Assembly: GCA_031257015.1 (NCBI GenBank)
Contig: JAIRPK010000056.1
Location: 14,116 to 78,115 of the forward strand
Length of the DNA stretch: 64,000 nt
Source of the DNA: Tannerellaceae bacterium
GTDB lineage: Bacteria > Bacteroidota > Bacteroidia > Bacteroidales > Tannerellaceae
Direction: 5' to 3'
Made by a program: the position numbers and the translations under genes. A model generated the notes under the pieces. That model was not told where the DNA came from, made no database searches, and saw only the letters and a program-made list of their open reading frames with translations. Positions 1-11,027 of this stretch are shown piece after piece (within the stretch, counting starts at the first letter, position 1; every line of letters starts with the position of its first letter).

Positions 1-773
1 CGAGTTTTCAAGCCTTTCGCGTATAACCCCTTACGAGATCTAGGATGGCCTCCAGAAGCTCTCCCTTCTCCCCCCCCCATTGGATGATCTACAGGGTTCA
101 TTACAACGCCACGATTACGCGGACGCCGTCCAAGCCACCTAGAACGTCCGGCTTTTCCTGATTTTTCAAGAGCATGATCTGAGTTCCCCACACTTCCAAT
201 TGTAGCTTTGCATGCAGCTAAAACTTTTCGACTTTCCCCCGAAGGCATTCGAATAATCACATAATCTCCATCTCTAGACGTTAACTGTGCAAAACTTCCT
301 GCTGAGCGAACTAATTTGGCCCCTTGTCCAGGCCGCAATTCAATGTTGTGAACAATCGTCCCAATTGGAATATTTGCCATCGGCAACGAATTTCCTACTT
401 CAGGAGCGACATTGTCACCAGAAACTAGAACACTCCCAACTTCCAATCCATTAGGAGCGAGAATATAATTTTTCGTTCCGTCTGCATAATACAACAAAGC
501 TATACGAGATGTTCGATTTGGGTCGTATTCTATTGATTTAACTTTAGCAGGCACTCCATTTTTTTTTCTTTTAAAATCAATCATGCGATATTTCTGTTTA
601 TGGCCTCCACCAATATAACGCATCGTCATCTTACCAGTATTATTACGCCCTCCTGATTTTTTTTCCCCAACCACAAGAGATTTTTCAGGTTTATTTACGG
701 AGAGTTGACCCAAAAAGCCAATAACTTTATGTCGTTGCCCTGGTGTTGTGGGCTTTAATTTTTGTACTCCCAT
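1..773 (-). CDS. rplB: 50S ribosomal protein L2, 3' end runs off the window
   Basis: Hand translation from the ATG at 773 gives [17 protein letters not shown]..., the L2 N-terminus. It lies directly after rplW in S10 order. Missing from the ORF track because the stop is outside the window. Confidence 0.97.
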   Translation of the reverse strand, partial: MGVQKLKPTTPGQRHKVIGFLGQLSVNKPEKSLVVGEKKSGGRNNTGKMTMRYIGGGHKQKYRMIDFKRKKNGVPAKVKSIEYDPNRTSRIALLYYADGTKNYILAPNGLEVGSVLVSGDNVAPEVGNSLPMANIPIGTIVHNIELRPGQGAKLVRSAGSFAQLTSRDGDYVIIRMPSGESRKVLAACKATIGSVGNSDHALEKSGKAGRSRWLGRRPRNRGVVMNPVDHPMGGGEGRASGGHPRSRKGLYAKGLKT

Positions 774-779
774 TTTATT

Positions 780-1076
780 TTAGATATTACTAAAAAAATC
801 AATTGCATCTCCTATCTTTAATGTTACAATAGCTTTCTTTAAGGCTGCCTGTCTGCCACTAATAATACCAGACTTTGTATAGCGCCTTTTTTGTTTTCCT
901 TTATAGTTCATAGTGTTTACACTTTTTACAACAACATTATATAGCCCTTCTATAGCTTTTTTAATTTCTATTTTGGTGGCATCTGGAGAAACACAAAAAC
1001 CATAACGGTTTGCCATGTTTTCCGTTATAACAGTCTGCTTTTCTGTAACGATTGGTTTTAAAATAATTATATTCAT
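780..1076 (-). CDS. rplW: 50S ribosomal protein L23
   Basis: KPIVTEK and KKAIVTL motifs; S10 operon position. Confidence 0.97.
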   Translation of the reverse strand: MNIIILKPIVTEKQTVITENMANRYGFCVSPDATKIEIKKAIEGLYNVVVKSVNTMNYKGKQKRRYTKSGIISGRQAALKKAIVTLKIGDAIDFFSNI

Positions 1077-1082
1077 TAATAT

Positions 1083-1712
1083 TTATCTTTTAAACAGATT
1101 TTCGACAACGTCTACTGAACTCTCAGTAAGGATTAGATTAGCTGCCTCAAGTATTTTATAAGTATTTATATCAGATGCGACAACTACATTTACGTTCTTT
1201 AAATTGCGAGCAGATAAATATATAGTTTTGTTATTTTCTGCTAAAACAAGAAGAATTTTTTTTCTCTCCAACTGCATTATCTTAGCCATATTGGCAAACT
1301 CTTTTGTTTTTGGGATATCTCCTTGTATATCTTCAATCACTATAATAGCGTTTTCTTTAGCCTTATATGCTAAAGCAGACTTTCGAGCTAAACTTTTAAC
1401 TTTTTTATTCAATTTAAAACTATAATCTCTAGGCTTCGGGCCGAAAGCACGCCCTCCACCAATCAAAACGGGAGAATTTATATCACCTCTACGCGCTCCT
1501 CCTCCTCCTTTTTGTCGTATGAGTTTACGAGTACTTCCTGATACCTCGCTCCTCTCTTTTGACTTATGAGTTCCTTGGCGCCTATTTGCCATATATTGTT
1601 TTACATCCAAGTAAATAGCGTGATCATTAGGTTTTACATTAAATATTGCATCACTTAACGTAACCTTTCTGCCTGTATTCGTACCTTTTGTGTTTAATAC
1701 ATTCAATTCCAT
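1083..1712 (-). CDS. rplD: 50S ribosomal protein L4
   Basis: [32 protein letters not shown] motif and [10 protein letters not shown]. Confidence 0.98.
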   Translation of the reverse strand: MELNVLNTKGTNTGRKVTLSDAIFNVKPNDHAIYLDVKQYMANRRQGTHKSKERSEVSGSTRKLIRQKGGGGARRGDINSPVLIGGGRAFGPKPRDYSFKLNKKVKSLARKSALAYKAKENAIIVIEDIQGDIPKTKEFANMAKIMQLERKKILLVLAENNKTIYLSARNLKNVNVVVASDINTYKILEAANLILTESSVDVVENLFKR

Positions 1713-2332
1713 TATTTTTCAATTAATAAGATTGAACCTTTATATCCTGGTACGGCACCCTTTACTAATAGAAGGTTGTGCTCTGGCATGATTTTAAGCA
1801 CTTCTAAGTTTTGAACTGTAACTCTCTTATTACCCATTTGCCCTGCCATGCGAGTCCCCTTAAAAACTTTGGCCGGATAAGAACAAGCGCCAATACTCCC
1901 TGGCGCACGTAACCGATTGTGCTGTCCATGAGTACTCTGCCCTACTCCACCAAAACCATGACGGCGAACAACTCCTTGAAATCCTTTCCCCTTTGATATT
2001 CCTATCACATCAACAAATAAAGTATCTTGCAAATAATCTACCATAATTAGCTCTCCTGCATTATACTCTTTTTCAAAATTTTTAAACTCTGCCAAATGTT
2101 TCTTACCTGTTGTTAGACCAGCCTTAGCAACATGCCCCAATTCAGCCTTTGTAGCATGCTGCTTTTTTCTATCCTTAAATCCAATTTGCAAAGCTTCATA
2201 TCCATCTTTTTCAAGTGTTTTAACTTGTATTACCGCACAAGGGCCAACTTCAATAACAGTGCATGGAAGCTTTTTTCCATCAGTACTGAATACGGACGTC
2301 ATTCCGATTTTTTTTCCTAATAATCCTGGCAT
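1712..2332 (-). CDS. rplC: 50S ribosomal protein L3
   Basis: [21 protein letters not shown] and MAGQMG motifs; TAATG overlap with rplD. Confidence 0.98.
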   Translation of the reverse strand: MPGLLGKKIGMTSVFSTDGKKLPCTVIEVGPCAVIQVKTLEKDGYEALQIGFKDRKKQHATKAELGHVAKAGLTTGKKHLAEFKNFEKEYNAGELIMVDYLQDTLFVDVIGISKGKGFQGVVRRHGFGGVGQSTHGQHNRLRAPGSIGACSYPAKVFKGTRMAGQMGNKRVTVQNLEVLKIMPEHNLLLVKGAVPGYKGSILLIEK

Positions 2333-2348
2333 TCCTTAATATATATTT

Positions 2349-2654
2349 TTATACTTTTATTTCTACTTCAACGCCACTAGGCAATTCTAACTTCATCAAG
2401 GCATCGACAGTTTTAGCCGTAGAGCTGTAAATGTCGATCAACCGTTTATAAGAAGATAGTTCAAATTGCTCACGAGATTTTTTATTTACAAAGGTAGAAC
2501 GGTTCACAGTAAATATCCGCTTATGTGTAGGAAGAGGTATTGGACCACTCACTACTGCACCAGTCGTCTTTACTGTCTTAACGATCTTATCTGCCGACTT
2601 GTCTACTAATGAATAATCATAAGATTTTAATTTAATTCTAATCTTTTGGCTCAT
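2349..2654 (-). CDS. rpsJ: 30S ribosomal protein S10
   Basis: [16 protein letters not shown] and SREQFE motifs. Confidence 0.99.
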   Translation of the reverse strand: MSQKIRIKLKSYDYSLVDKSADKIVKTVKTTGAVVSGPIPLPTHKRIFTVNRSTFVNKKSREQFELSSYKRLIDIYSSTAKTVDALMKLELPSGVEVEIKV

Positions 2655-2803
2655 CTTGCTTTTATTTTCTTTATTTTATCTGCGAACGAGAAAGATATTA
2701 TTTCAACTTCCGCTTTTATTGAATTTTAAGGTACTTATATGCTCTCTGCAATGTAAATTACCATGCAATAACTTATGCAATTAACTATTGTTTTCATTAG
2801 AGA

Positions 2804-4933
2804 TCATTTTAACAAATCAATACGACCTTGTACTTCCGTTAATACTTGTTTAGCAACAGAATTGCTAACCTCTGCATAGTGAGAGAACTGCATAGAAGAC
2901 GTAGCACGACCGGATGTTATTGTACGTAATGTTGTAACATAACCAAATGTTTCTGCTAACGGAACCTTCGCTTTAACTATACGCGCTCCTGTACGGCTTG
3001 TTTCCATACCTTCCACTTGACCTCGACGTTTGTTTAGATCGCCAATAACATCTCCCATACTTTCTTCAGGTGTGACAACTTCTATTTTCATTATAGGCTC
3101 CATTAATGATGGACTAGCCTTTTCAGCAGCACTCTTGAAAGCTAATATAGCACAAATCTCAAACGAAAGTTGATCTGAGTCTACGGAATGAAAAGAACCG
3201 TCCAGCAACGTCACTTTCAGTTGATCTAATGGGAATCCTGCTAAAACTCCATTCTTCATCGCTTTTGTAAATCCTTTTTGCACTGATGGAATATATTCTT
3301 TGGGAATATTGCCTCCTTTCACTTCATCTACAAATTGAAGTTCACCCTCAAATCCTACATCAACTCGTTCTACTCGAACGATTATGTCGGCAAACTTACC
3401 ACGACCACCTGTTTGCTTTTTGTAAACCTCTCGATGTTCTACCGATTTTGTTATAGTTTCCTTATATGAGACTTGCGGACGTCCTTGGTTACATTCCACA
3501 TTAAATTCACGACGCAAACGATCTACTATGATTTCAAGGTGTAGTTCGCCCATGCCACTAATAACAGTTTGACCTGTTTCTTCATTTGTTTGAACACGGA
3601 ATGTTGGATCCTCTTCTGCTAGCTTAGACAGCCCTATGCCTAGCTTATCTAAATCTTTTTGAGTTTTAGGCTCTACTGCAAGTCCTATAACTGGTTCTGG
3701 GAAATCCATTGATTCTAGTGCTATAGGGTAATTTTCATCACAGAGAGTATCGCCGGTGCGAATGTCTTTAAAACCAACTCCTGCACCAATGTCACCACAA
3801 CCAATCATTTCCATCGGATTTTGCTTATTTGAGTGCATCTGGAAAAGACGCGATATCCGTTCCTTTTTACCAGAACGAGTATTTAACACATAGCTCCCTG
3901 CATTTAACTCACCTGAATAAATGCGAAAGAAACACAAACGTCCTACATATGGATCTGTTGCAATTTTAAACGCTAATGCTGTTAATGGTTCATCCGATTG
4001 AGGTTTTCGGATTATTACCTTTTCCGGAGAAGAAGGCAAAATACCTTCTATTGCCGGAGTGTCAATAGGACTTGGAAGATATGCACAAATCGCATCAAGT
4101 AAGGTTTGTACACCCTTGTTCTTGAATGAAGATCCGCAAATTATTGGATTTATCTGCATTGATAAAGTTCCTTTTCGAAGCGTCGCGTGAATTTCATCCT
4201 CACTTATGGAATCTATATCTTCAAGATATTTCTCCATGAAATGTTCGTCACATTCAGACAAGACTTCCAACATTTTGTCACGCCATTCGTCCGCTTCACT
4301 TCTTAATTCTGCTGGAATTTCACTTACTGTATATTCTGCCCCCATTGTTTCATCATGCCAATAAATGGCCTTCATACGAACCAAATCAATTACGCCCTTA
4401 AAGTTTTCTTCTGCGCCAATGGGAATTTGTATTGGACATACAGTTGCGCCAAGTATCTCTTTCATTTGGGAAACTACGTCAAAGTAGTTTGCTCCAGAAC
4501 GATCCATTTTGTTAATATATCCAATTCTTGGCACTCTGTATTTATCTGCTTGTCTCCAAACTGTTTCGGACTGCGGCTCAACTCCTCCGACAGCGCAAAA
4601 TGTAGCTACCGCTCCATCCAATATCCGTAACGAACGTTCCACCTCAACAGTAAAATCAACGTGCCCAGGAGTGTCAATTAGATTTACCTTATATTTATCA
4701 TTGTTATACGGCCAAAATGTTGTAGTTGCGGCAGATGTAATTGTTATACCACGTTCCTGTTCTTGTGCCATCCAATCCATCGTCGCAGCTCCATCATGAA
4801 CTTCTCCTATTTTATGAGTTATTCCGGTATAAAAAAGAATGCGTTCGGATGTAGTTGTCTTTCCTGCATCAATATGGGCCATAATGCCTATATTCCGCGT
4901 AAATTTTAGAAGGTCGTCGCTTTTTTTTGCCAT
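2804..4933 (-). CDS. fusA: Elongation factor G
   Basis: [28 protein letters not shown] and NKMD motifs; 709 aa; follows rpsG. Confidence 0.99.
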   Translation of the reverse strand: MAKKSDDLLKFTRNIGIMAHIDAGKTTTSERILFYTGITHKIGEVHDGAATMDWMAQEQERGITITSAATTTFWPYNNDKYKVNLIDTPGHVDFTVEVERSLRILDGAVATFCAVGGVEPQSETVWRQADKYRVPRIGYINKMDRSGANYFDVVSQMKEILGATVCPIQIPIGAEENFKGVIDLVRMKAIYWHDETMGAEYTVSEIPAELRSEADEWRDKMLEVLSECDEHFMEKYLEDIDSISEDEIHATLRKGTLSMQINPIICGSSFKNKGVQTLLDAICAYLPSPIDTPAIEGILPSSPEKVIIRKPQSDEPLTALAFKIATDPYVGRLCFFRIYSGELNAGSYVLNTRSGKKERISRLFQMHSNKQNPMEMIGCGDIGAGVGFKDIRTGDTLCDENYPIALESMDFPEPVIGLAVEPKTQKDLDKLGIGLSKLAEEDPTFRVQTNEETGQTVISGMGELHLEIIVDRLRREFNVECNQGRPQVSYKETITKSVEHREVYKKQTGGRGKFADIIVRVERVDVGFEGELQFVDEVKGGNIPKEYIPSVQKGFTKAMKNGVLAGFPLDQLKVTLLDGSFHSVDSDQLSFEICAILAFKSAAEKASPSLMEPIMKIEVVTPEESMGDVIGDLNKRRGQVEGMETSRTGARIVKAKVPLAETFGYVTTLRTITSGRATSSMQFSHYAEVSNSVAKQVLTEVQGRIDLLK

Positions 4934-4952
4934 TTTTCTATTTCTTATCTAA

Positions 4953-5429
4953 TTAAAAACGAAAATGAGCAAATGCGCGATTAGCTTCTGCCATGCGATG
5001 CATGTCTTCTTTTCTTTTAAAAGCACCTCCCTGATTGTTAAACGCATCAAGAATTTCGGATGATAATTTGTCAGACATAGTCTTGCCGCCTCTTTTACGA
5101 GCGAAGATGATTAAATTTTTCATTGAAATAGATTCTTTCCTATCAGGGCGTATTTCAGTGGGCACTTGAAATGTTGCACCTCCAACACGACGAGACTTTA
5201 CTTCCACTTGAGGAGTTATATTGTCCAATGCAGACTTCCATATATCAAGGGCACTTTTTTCTTCGTTTGGCAATTTGCTCTTCACTGTGTTTAATGCGGT
5301 GTAGAAAATATCGTATGCAGTATTCTTCTTGCCGTCATACATTAAGTGATTAACGAACTTCGTTACTTTTATGTCTCCGTATATCGGATCCGGTAATATC
5401 TTCCTCTTCTGGGGTTTTGCTTTTCTCAT
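4953..5429 (-). CDS. rpsG: 30S ribosomal protein S7
   Basis: [12 protein letters not shown] and [13 protein letters not shown] motifs. Confidence 0.99.
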   Translation of the reverse strand: MRKAKPQKRKILPDPIYGDIKVTKFVNHLMYDGKKNTAYDIFYTALNTVKSKLPNEEKSALDIWKSALDNITPQVEVKSRRVGGATFQVPTEIRPDRKESISMKNLIIFARKRGGKTMSDKLSSEILDAFNNQGGAFKRKEDMHRMAEANRAFAHFRF

Positions 5430-5547
5430 CTGTTTATCTTTGCTTTTAGTTGCCTTTTCTTCGTCTTCAACAATTGTTTAAATCGTTTACTCAACTTTTA
5501 TTTTTTGATGTTTATTTTTTTATCTTCAATCGAAGATTTTAATTTAT

Positions 5548-5958
5548 TTATTTCTTTTTCTTTACAGCTGCTGCTGGCGCTGCTCCAGCTTTAGGACGTT
5601 TTGCTCCATATTTGGAACGTCTTTGGGTACGTCCGTTTACACCTGCCGTATCCAATGTTCCACGTACTATGTGATAACGAACTCCGGGAAGGTCTTTTAC
5701 ACGACCACCACGAACTAAGACTATTGAGTGTTCTTGCAAATTGTGTCCCTCACCGGGTATGTAGGCATTGACTTCTTTTGTGTTTGTCAAACGAACCCTT
5801 GCTACTTTACGCATGGCTGAATTTGGCTTCTTGGGCGTCGTCGTATAGACCCGCACACATACGCCGCGCCGCTGCGGGCAAGCGTCTAAAGCCGGAGATT
5901 TCCCTTTGACGACCAAAGCTGTTCTTCCTTTTCTCACTAATTGCTGAATCGTAGGCAT
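5548..5958 (-). CDS. rpsL: 30S ribosomal protein S12
   Basis: [20 protein letters not shown] and [10 protein letters not shown] motifs. Confidence 0.99.
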   Translation of the reverse strand: MPTIQQLVRKGRTALVVKGKSPALDACPQRRGVCVRVYTTTPKKPNSAMRKVARVRLTNTKEVNAYIPGEGHNLQEHSIVLVRGGRVKDLPGVRYHIVRGTLDTAGVNGRTQRRSKYGAKRPKAGAAPAAAVKKKK

Positions 5959-6020
5959 ATTAAATTTTTATATTTATTTATATGTATTCTTTATTTTTAA
6001 TGCTTGTCAAAAACAGTGTG

Positions 6021-6051
6021 CAAAGATACTACTTATTCTCTAACTGCCAAA
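6021..6051 (-). promoter_or_regulatory. Bacteroidetes primary-sigma promoter of the str operon
   Basis: Minus strand reads TTTG (6051-6048), 19 nt, TATCTTTG (6028-6021), matching the -33/-7 consensus TTTG-N19-21-TAnnTTTG. A second TACCTTTG box lies at 6091-6098. Confidence 0.8.
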
Positions 6052-6995
6052 TAAATCGTTCTTTTTCACTCTTTTTTTCAAACGTGATGGCAAAGGTAGT
6101 TGCAAATATTTTATTACGCAAGTTCAGACGGCGAATTTGTCCTGTTCGTTGACTGGGGGACGTTTCCTGGAACTTTATTTTTCGTTCGTGGCGTATGGTT
6201 ACATGCCGGGGGAAGGGGATGCTCGGTTTTCTGTTTATGAAAACTGTTACTGAGAGTGTGATGTGAGATGGTTGGGGATGGTTATTTGCGGTTCCGGAGG
6301 GGGCGAAACTCTGTGCGCCGAGGTATATTTGTTACGGGGAGATGTGGGGAGAGGCGTTCGTTGATTACGGGCTTGTTTTTTGCCTGACGCGAGTGATTTG
6401 TATCAACTCAAGGGTGGGGATGCGAGTGGCTGCATGAACCGTTTGCTTTAATATTTGTGTTGCTTATGCTGAATGTTGCTTTACAGTTGCCGGCTTTGAT
6501 TATCCATGAAGCGAATTTGATGTTACGGATATATGTGGATTGTGTCCGAAGATTTCATAACATGCTCCGAGCTTCGATTTTGAAGTTTATTGCCTGGATT
6601 TAAATGAACACTAATGTATCGTTTTTCTTGTCTCTTTCATCTGGCTTGTTAATAAAGTTTTTTATGAAACAGTTCTATTCTTTTGCGGAACTGCGATGGG
6701 GACAAATCTCTCTTTAAATGTTTGGGGCGGTATTTGTATTAATATAAATGTATACTGGTCTTTCTGGAATGAATTTACGGGGATAAAGCGGGTGTGGAGT
6801 TTTTTTCTTTTTGCAGAGAACGGACAGTGGTTCGCGATTTTGTGTGTCCTGGAGAGGGTTCGCGTTCCTACTGTCCGTTCAATGGAGTTTTAATCTGTAT
6901 TTTAGTTTATCTGAGTTCTGGATAAGCAGGCAAATGTTTCTTCTGATTTTTTTGCTTGCGATGCTGTGAAAGCAAAAATTTGGTCTACGGCAGGT

Positions 6996-7121
6996 GAGTT
7001 TGATTCTCGGAGTGTCTCGTTTGATTCTCGGAGAATCAACGGTGATTCTCGGAGTGTCACGTTTGATGTTCGGAAGGTCATGCGAGATACTCCGGGGGGC
7101 ACGCTTGGGGGGTGGGACGTT
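6996..7121. repeat. 21-bp tandem repeat, 3 near-identical plus about 3 decayed units
   Basis: TGATTCTCGGAG at 7001, 7022 and 7043, with decayed copies in register at 7064, 7085 and 7106. Confidence 0.85.
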
Positions 7122-7223
7122 TCGGTTGAAGCCTGGAGATTTTTTGGAATATAATATGTAATCTCTTGCTTTTTTGTTTCTGCTGCATAAGTTTTCCAGA
7201 GCATTTTATTCAAGAATTATGTT

Positions 7224-7850
7224 TTAGGCCGGGTGTTGGGCGGCTAATACCAATTCGTTGATGCGGGTGATGACTTCGCGGACACTGGCGGAATCGACGG
7301 GAAGGTTCTCGATAAAGCTGCGTTTGAAGGAGAAGCCGAAATTGTAGCCGCCGCTGGTTTGAATCGTTATAAAGAAGCTTTTGTTGAAGCGGTACAGCGC
7401 CAGGCTTATTGTGCCGAGAAGTAGCAGGAAAACTCCCTGGGCGGGATTGGATGTGAGCATGATAATTCCGATGAATCCAAGCAGAATGGAGAGGAATATC
7501 CAACCGATTGGATTGTTGGCTCCGCATGATGTGGATGAGATTTTTTGCACTGGCGTGAGGGTGAGATGCTCGCCTGATGCACTGTTGGCGGAATAGTAGA
7601 TGCTGTCCTTTTTTACCAGTAGGCGATAGTAGTTGCCCAGTTTGAGTTTGGCTAATATCCATTGGATTAGTCCGGTTTTCCGGCCTTCGATTATGATGCG
7701 GTCGTCTCCGTCGGGCATGATTTGGAGTTTGCTTAGAGCCAGATGGACAGTGTTGCGGTTAAACAGGGATTTGATTACATAGATGGCGATAGCAAGGATG
7801 ATTATTCCGTATATGGCGGCGCTGCTATCTGAAGGTGAATTGTTAAACAT
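7224..7850 (-). CDS. Hypothetical membrane protein
   Basis: 208-aa ORF with an N-terminal hydrophobic segment and a central hydrophobic hairpin; no family recognised. Confidence 0.75.
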   Translation of the reverse strand: MFNNSPSDSSAAIYGIIILAIAIYVIKSLFNRNTVHLALSKLQIMPDGDDRIIIEGRKTGLIQWILAKLKLGNYYRLLVKKDSIYYSANSASGEHLTLTPVQKISSTSCGANNPIGWIFLSILLGFIGIIMLTSNPAQGVFLLLLGTISLALYRFNKSFFITIQTSGGYNFGFSFKRSFIENLPVDSASVREVITRINELVLAAQHPA

Positions 7851-8061
7851 GATACGTTGAATTTTAATTGTTTTTTTTTCTGCAAATGAATTTGTTCCTG
7901 CTCTTTCTTTAGTGTCGCGTGCTTCGGCTTTATTTACGACTTTTTTTATCTGTCAGGTTGGAAAGGGTATTGTTCTTCCTGCATATTTGTTGTGTCTTGT
8001 TTAAAATGGAATATCGCGAGGATAATCCGGAATTATGTCTCCTTAATCGTACTGTCAGAAA

Positions 8062-8204
8062 AAAACGGACGATTAAATTGACAATGATGCAAATATATAG
8101 ATAAAAACGAAGGAGGGGATTTTATCCTTTATTTTTAAGGCTTTGCAACCGTTTCAATTTTCTAGCCACCCGACCAAAATATTGTCAATTTAATCGTCCG
8201 TTTT
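8062..8204. repeat. Perfect 24-bp inverted repeat pair enclosing a 95-bp segment with a promoter box (candidate invertible promoter or MITE)
   Basis: AAAACGGACGATTAAATTGACAAT (8062-8085) is the exact reverse complement of ATTGTCAATTTAATCGTCCGTTTT (8181-8204). A minus-strand TATATTTG lies at 8090-8097. Confidence 0.9.
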
Positions 8205-8317
8205 CCCTGCCAGGGACAGTAAGAAAGACGCTTCCAATTAGCTTTAATTAAAATTCAATCCGTGTCAGTTTAAGCCGGAGTGTTCATGCGCAATTTTTAC
8301 TGCGAATGGGATAAACT

Positions 8318-8354
8318 CGCCCGACGCAGGATTATTTTATCCTGTGCCGGGGCG
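8318..8354 (-). terminator. Probable intrinsic terminator after meaB
   Basis: GC-rich imperfect hairpin (CGCCC..CAGGAT / ATCCTG..GGGCG) about 17 nt past the meaB stop, with a short T run. Confidence 0.5.
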
Positions 8355-8370
8355 GGTATGAGGAAACATT

Positions 8371-9462
8371 TTATTTAATGGTGGAGAGAAAGATGTCGAT
8401 TAGGCGCTTGGCTGCCACGAAGGAGCTGACGCGATTATCGAGCATCTGCCGTTCCGCGTTTTTTAGCTCGGCGGCGACGGAGGGGTTGTTGTAAAAAGAA
8501 TTGCGGAGAGCGTCGTGGATGCTTTCGTACATCCAGTATTTGGATTGCTCGCTGCGTTTGCGGAAGAAGCTGTTGTTTTGCTTCGTAAAAGAGATATAGT
8601 CATCAATCATTTTCCAAATTTCGTCGATGCCTAGCTTGTAGTAGCCGGAGTAGGTGAGGACAATGGGCTTCCATCCGGATTCGGGGGCGGGAAACAGGTG
8701 CAGGGCGTTGCGGAATTGCGAGGCTGCCATTCTCGCCTTTTCAATATTGTCACCGTCAGCTTTGTTGATGACTATTCCGTCGGCCATTTCCATTATTCCT
8801 CGTTTGATGCCTTGGAGTTCGTCTCCTGTACCTGCCAGTTGGATGAGGAGGAAGAAGTCAACCATGGAGTGGACTGCTGTTTCGCTTTGGCCTACTCCTA
8901 CTGTCTCGACGAAGATTGTATCGAAGCCGGCGGCCTCGCATAGAACAATAGTCTCACGAGTCTTGCGGGCAACGCCGCCCAATGAACCGGCAGAGGGTGA
9001 AGGGCGAATGAAGGCGTTCTTTGCTCTGGCAAGTTCTTCCATGCGGGTTTTGTCGCCAAGTATGCTGCCCTTGGTGCGTTCGCTGCTTGGATCGATGGCT
9101 AGAACGGCAAGCTTGCTGCCCTGATTGATGCGATACATGCCGAGGGCGTCAATGGATGTGCTTTTTCCTGCTCCGGGAACGCCGGTGATGCCAACGCGAA
9201 TGGAGCGGCCTGCATGGGGAAGGCAACGTTCAACTATTTCCTGGGCGATTTGCTGATGCTCGGCCTTTGAACTTTCTACAAGGGTTACGGCTTGGCTTAA
9301 CAGCGCGATATTGCCGTTCAGGATGCCTTCAGTATATTCAGCCGACGTGTATTCGCGCCTTGGTTGGCGCTTAACAAGATATGGGCTGACGGATGGTGCG
9401 CTGTGAACGCCCCGATTCACTTTGAGGCCTTTATATTGTTCATCGTTTTCGGGATGTATCAT
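8371..9462 (-). CDS. meaB: Methylmalonyl-CoA mutase-associated GTPase MeaB/ArgK
   Basis: GITGVPGAGKST, AIDPSS, ETVGVGQSE, DELQGIKRGIMEMAD and NKAD motifs. Confidence 0.95.
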   Translation of the reverse strand: MIHPENDEQYKGLKVNRGVHSAPSVSPYLVKRQPRREYTSAEYTEGILNGNIALLSQAVTLVESSKAEHQQIAQEIVERCLPHAGRSIRVGITGVPGAGKSTSIDALGMYRINQGSKLAVLAIDPSSERTKGSILGDKTRMEELARAKNAFIRPSPSAGSLGGVARKTRETIVLCEAAGFDTIFVETVGVGQSETAVHSMVDFFLLIQLAGTGDELQGIKRGIMEMADGIVINKADGDNIEKARMAASQFRNALHLFPAPESGWKPIVLTYSGYYKLGIDEIWKMIDDYISFTKQNNSFFRKRSEQSKYWMYESIHDALRNSFYNNPSVAAELKNAERQMLDNRVSSFVAAKRLIDIFLSTIK

Positions 9463-10598
9463 TTTTCGACGGTTACTTTGATGAGTTTAACTGGCTCATC
9501 GGGGAAGTTGGAGACGACGTATATATCGTCTGAAATTTCGGAGGTTATGTTTTTGGGGCGGATGCTGATTTTGTATTCAGCTGATGAACCGGGGGAAATT
9601 TCTCTCTTGTTTCCGGAAATCTCTACCAGCGGATTGTCGCAGGATATGCTGTATATAAGTAGTGCAGCCGTGCCACTATTAGTTATTTTCAGGGGGAGGG
9701 TGGATTTTTTTCCTGATTTGGACGGAGAGCCGGAACGTTGGTCGGAAATACGTCCGAAGCTTATGTGGGATGAGGAATATTGTGGCTGGGGCTTTTGCGT
9801 TCTGCCGGGAAGAGATAAGCGGGCATAGTTGTCAAGAATATTGGTACGGATGAGAATTAGGCTTTCAACCACTGTTCGTTTCTTGGCACTGTCGCTCTCC
9901 GCCAACAACGGGAAGCTTATCGAGGCACGACCGAGCTGGCCAATCTCGTCGGTACGCATGGAGAGAGTGATTTCTCCGTTTGCTCCGGGCAGGATTGTCG
10001 AGGGGGCGAGGTTGACGGAAAGGCCGGCGGGGAGTTTGCCGGTGCGGAGCTTGATGGGCGACAGTCCATCGTTCATGAATCGGATTGTGTCGCGGATGGT
10101 ATCGCCGGGGTAGGCGCTGGAGTGGGCTATGGTCATAGATTCTAGCTTGAGGCAGCCCAGGGAGTAGGGATAGACGAGGATGGGAAGAGCAGGCTCGTCG
10201 GGTTTCGGGGTGACGTTGCCCTTAATATATAATGTAAGCGGGCTGTTCCCTGCATTGGATGTTATCGACAGACTTTTGCGGAAGGGGCCGAGGCGCCCTT
10301 TGGAGTGATAGTTAATTTTTATCTCCGCTGTCGCTCCCGGCTCGACGGGAGTCTTCGGCCATTCGGGGCGGGCACATCCGCAGGAGGCGTAAATGTTGTT
10401 TATCAACAGCGGGGCTGTGCCTGTGTTTCTGATGGAGAACGTATGCGCGGCGCCTTCTTCTGATTCGGCTATTGTCCCGAAGTCGTATAATAACAAGTCC
10501 GCACTTATTTCGGCTGTTTTCCGGGTTTGCCCCTGGAGGGTTGCTATCGAAATAAGTGCGGACAAGATGAATGCCGCGATTGGCTGCATTTTTATCAT
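9459..10598 (-). CDS. DUF1573 multi-domain Ig-like protein
   Basis: DFGTI..F.I.NTG..PL.I..I.ASCGC..P.W pattern, repeated; upstream of meaB as in other Bacteroidales. Confidence 0.85.
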   Translation of the reverse strand: MIKMQPIAAFILSALISIATLQGQTRKTAEISADLLLYDFGTIAESEEGAAHTFSIRNTGTAPLLINNIYASCGCARPEWPKTPVEPGATAEIKINYHSKGRLGPFRKSLSITSNAGNSPLTLYIKGNVTPKPDEPALPILVYPYSLGCLKLESMTIAHSSAYPGDTIRDTIRFMNDGLSPIKLRTGKLPAGLSVNLAPSTILPGANGEITLSMRTDEIGQLGRASISFPLLAESDSAKKRTVVESLILIRTNILDNYARLSLPGRTQKPQPQYSSSHISFGRISDQRSGSPSKSGKKSTLPLKITNSGTAALLIYSISCDNPLVEISGNKREISPGSSAEYKISIRPKNITSEISDDIYVVSNFPDEPVKLIKVTVEK

Positions 10599-10613
10599 GC
10601 GGTTAGCCGTTTT

Positions 10614-11027
10614 CTATACGACGTTGCCTTTGATGATGATTGTCACAGACCCTCTTTTGCCGTTGCTCAAGACGTTGACTGTCTTGTTAAACGGGCCGGG
10701 GCGACCGGTTGGATCGTAGGTGACGGTAATGGAGCCTTTTCCGTTGGGGGCAATCGGTTCTTTCGACCATTCGGGCGTTGTACAGCCGCATGTCGGCAAA
10801 ACTCTTGTGATTACCAACGGGGCTTCGCCATTATTCTTTACCACGAAGATGTGGGTTACGGGGCCGGCGGATTCTTTTATGTCGCCGAAGTCATAGACTT
10901 CCTCATCAAGTGCAATTGCAGCAGCGGGTTCATTTGATGTTTGCGCTTTGGCTACATCCTGGGCTTTAGCCATGCTCGCTGTGAGCAATAGAGCCATAAA
11001 AATAAAAACAATCTGTTTCATCTTCAA
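10614..11027 (-). CDS. DUF1573 single-domain exported protein
   Basis: Signal peptide, then YDFGDI..F.VKNNG..PLVITRV..TCGCT.PEWSKEPIAP. Confidence 0.9.
   Translation of the reverse strand: MKMKQIVFIFMALLLTASMAKAQDVAKAQTSNEPAAAIALDEEVYDFGDIKESAGPVTHIFVVKNNGEAPLVITRVLPTCGCTTPEWSKEPIAPNGKGSITVTYDPTGRPGPFNKTVNVLSNGKRGSVTIIIKGNVV

Noticed and set aside
2655-2803. fusA-rpsJ spacer as a ribosomal-protein leader RNA; absence of tuf from the str operon
   Set aside because: I could not identify a convincing structure by eye (needs an Rfam scan). Lack of tuf here is normal for Bacteroidetes.
8371-9462. meaB without an adjacent methylmalonyl-CoA mutase
   Set aside because: The DUF1573-DUF1573-meaB arrangement apart from the mutase genes is common in Bacteroidales.
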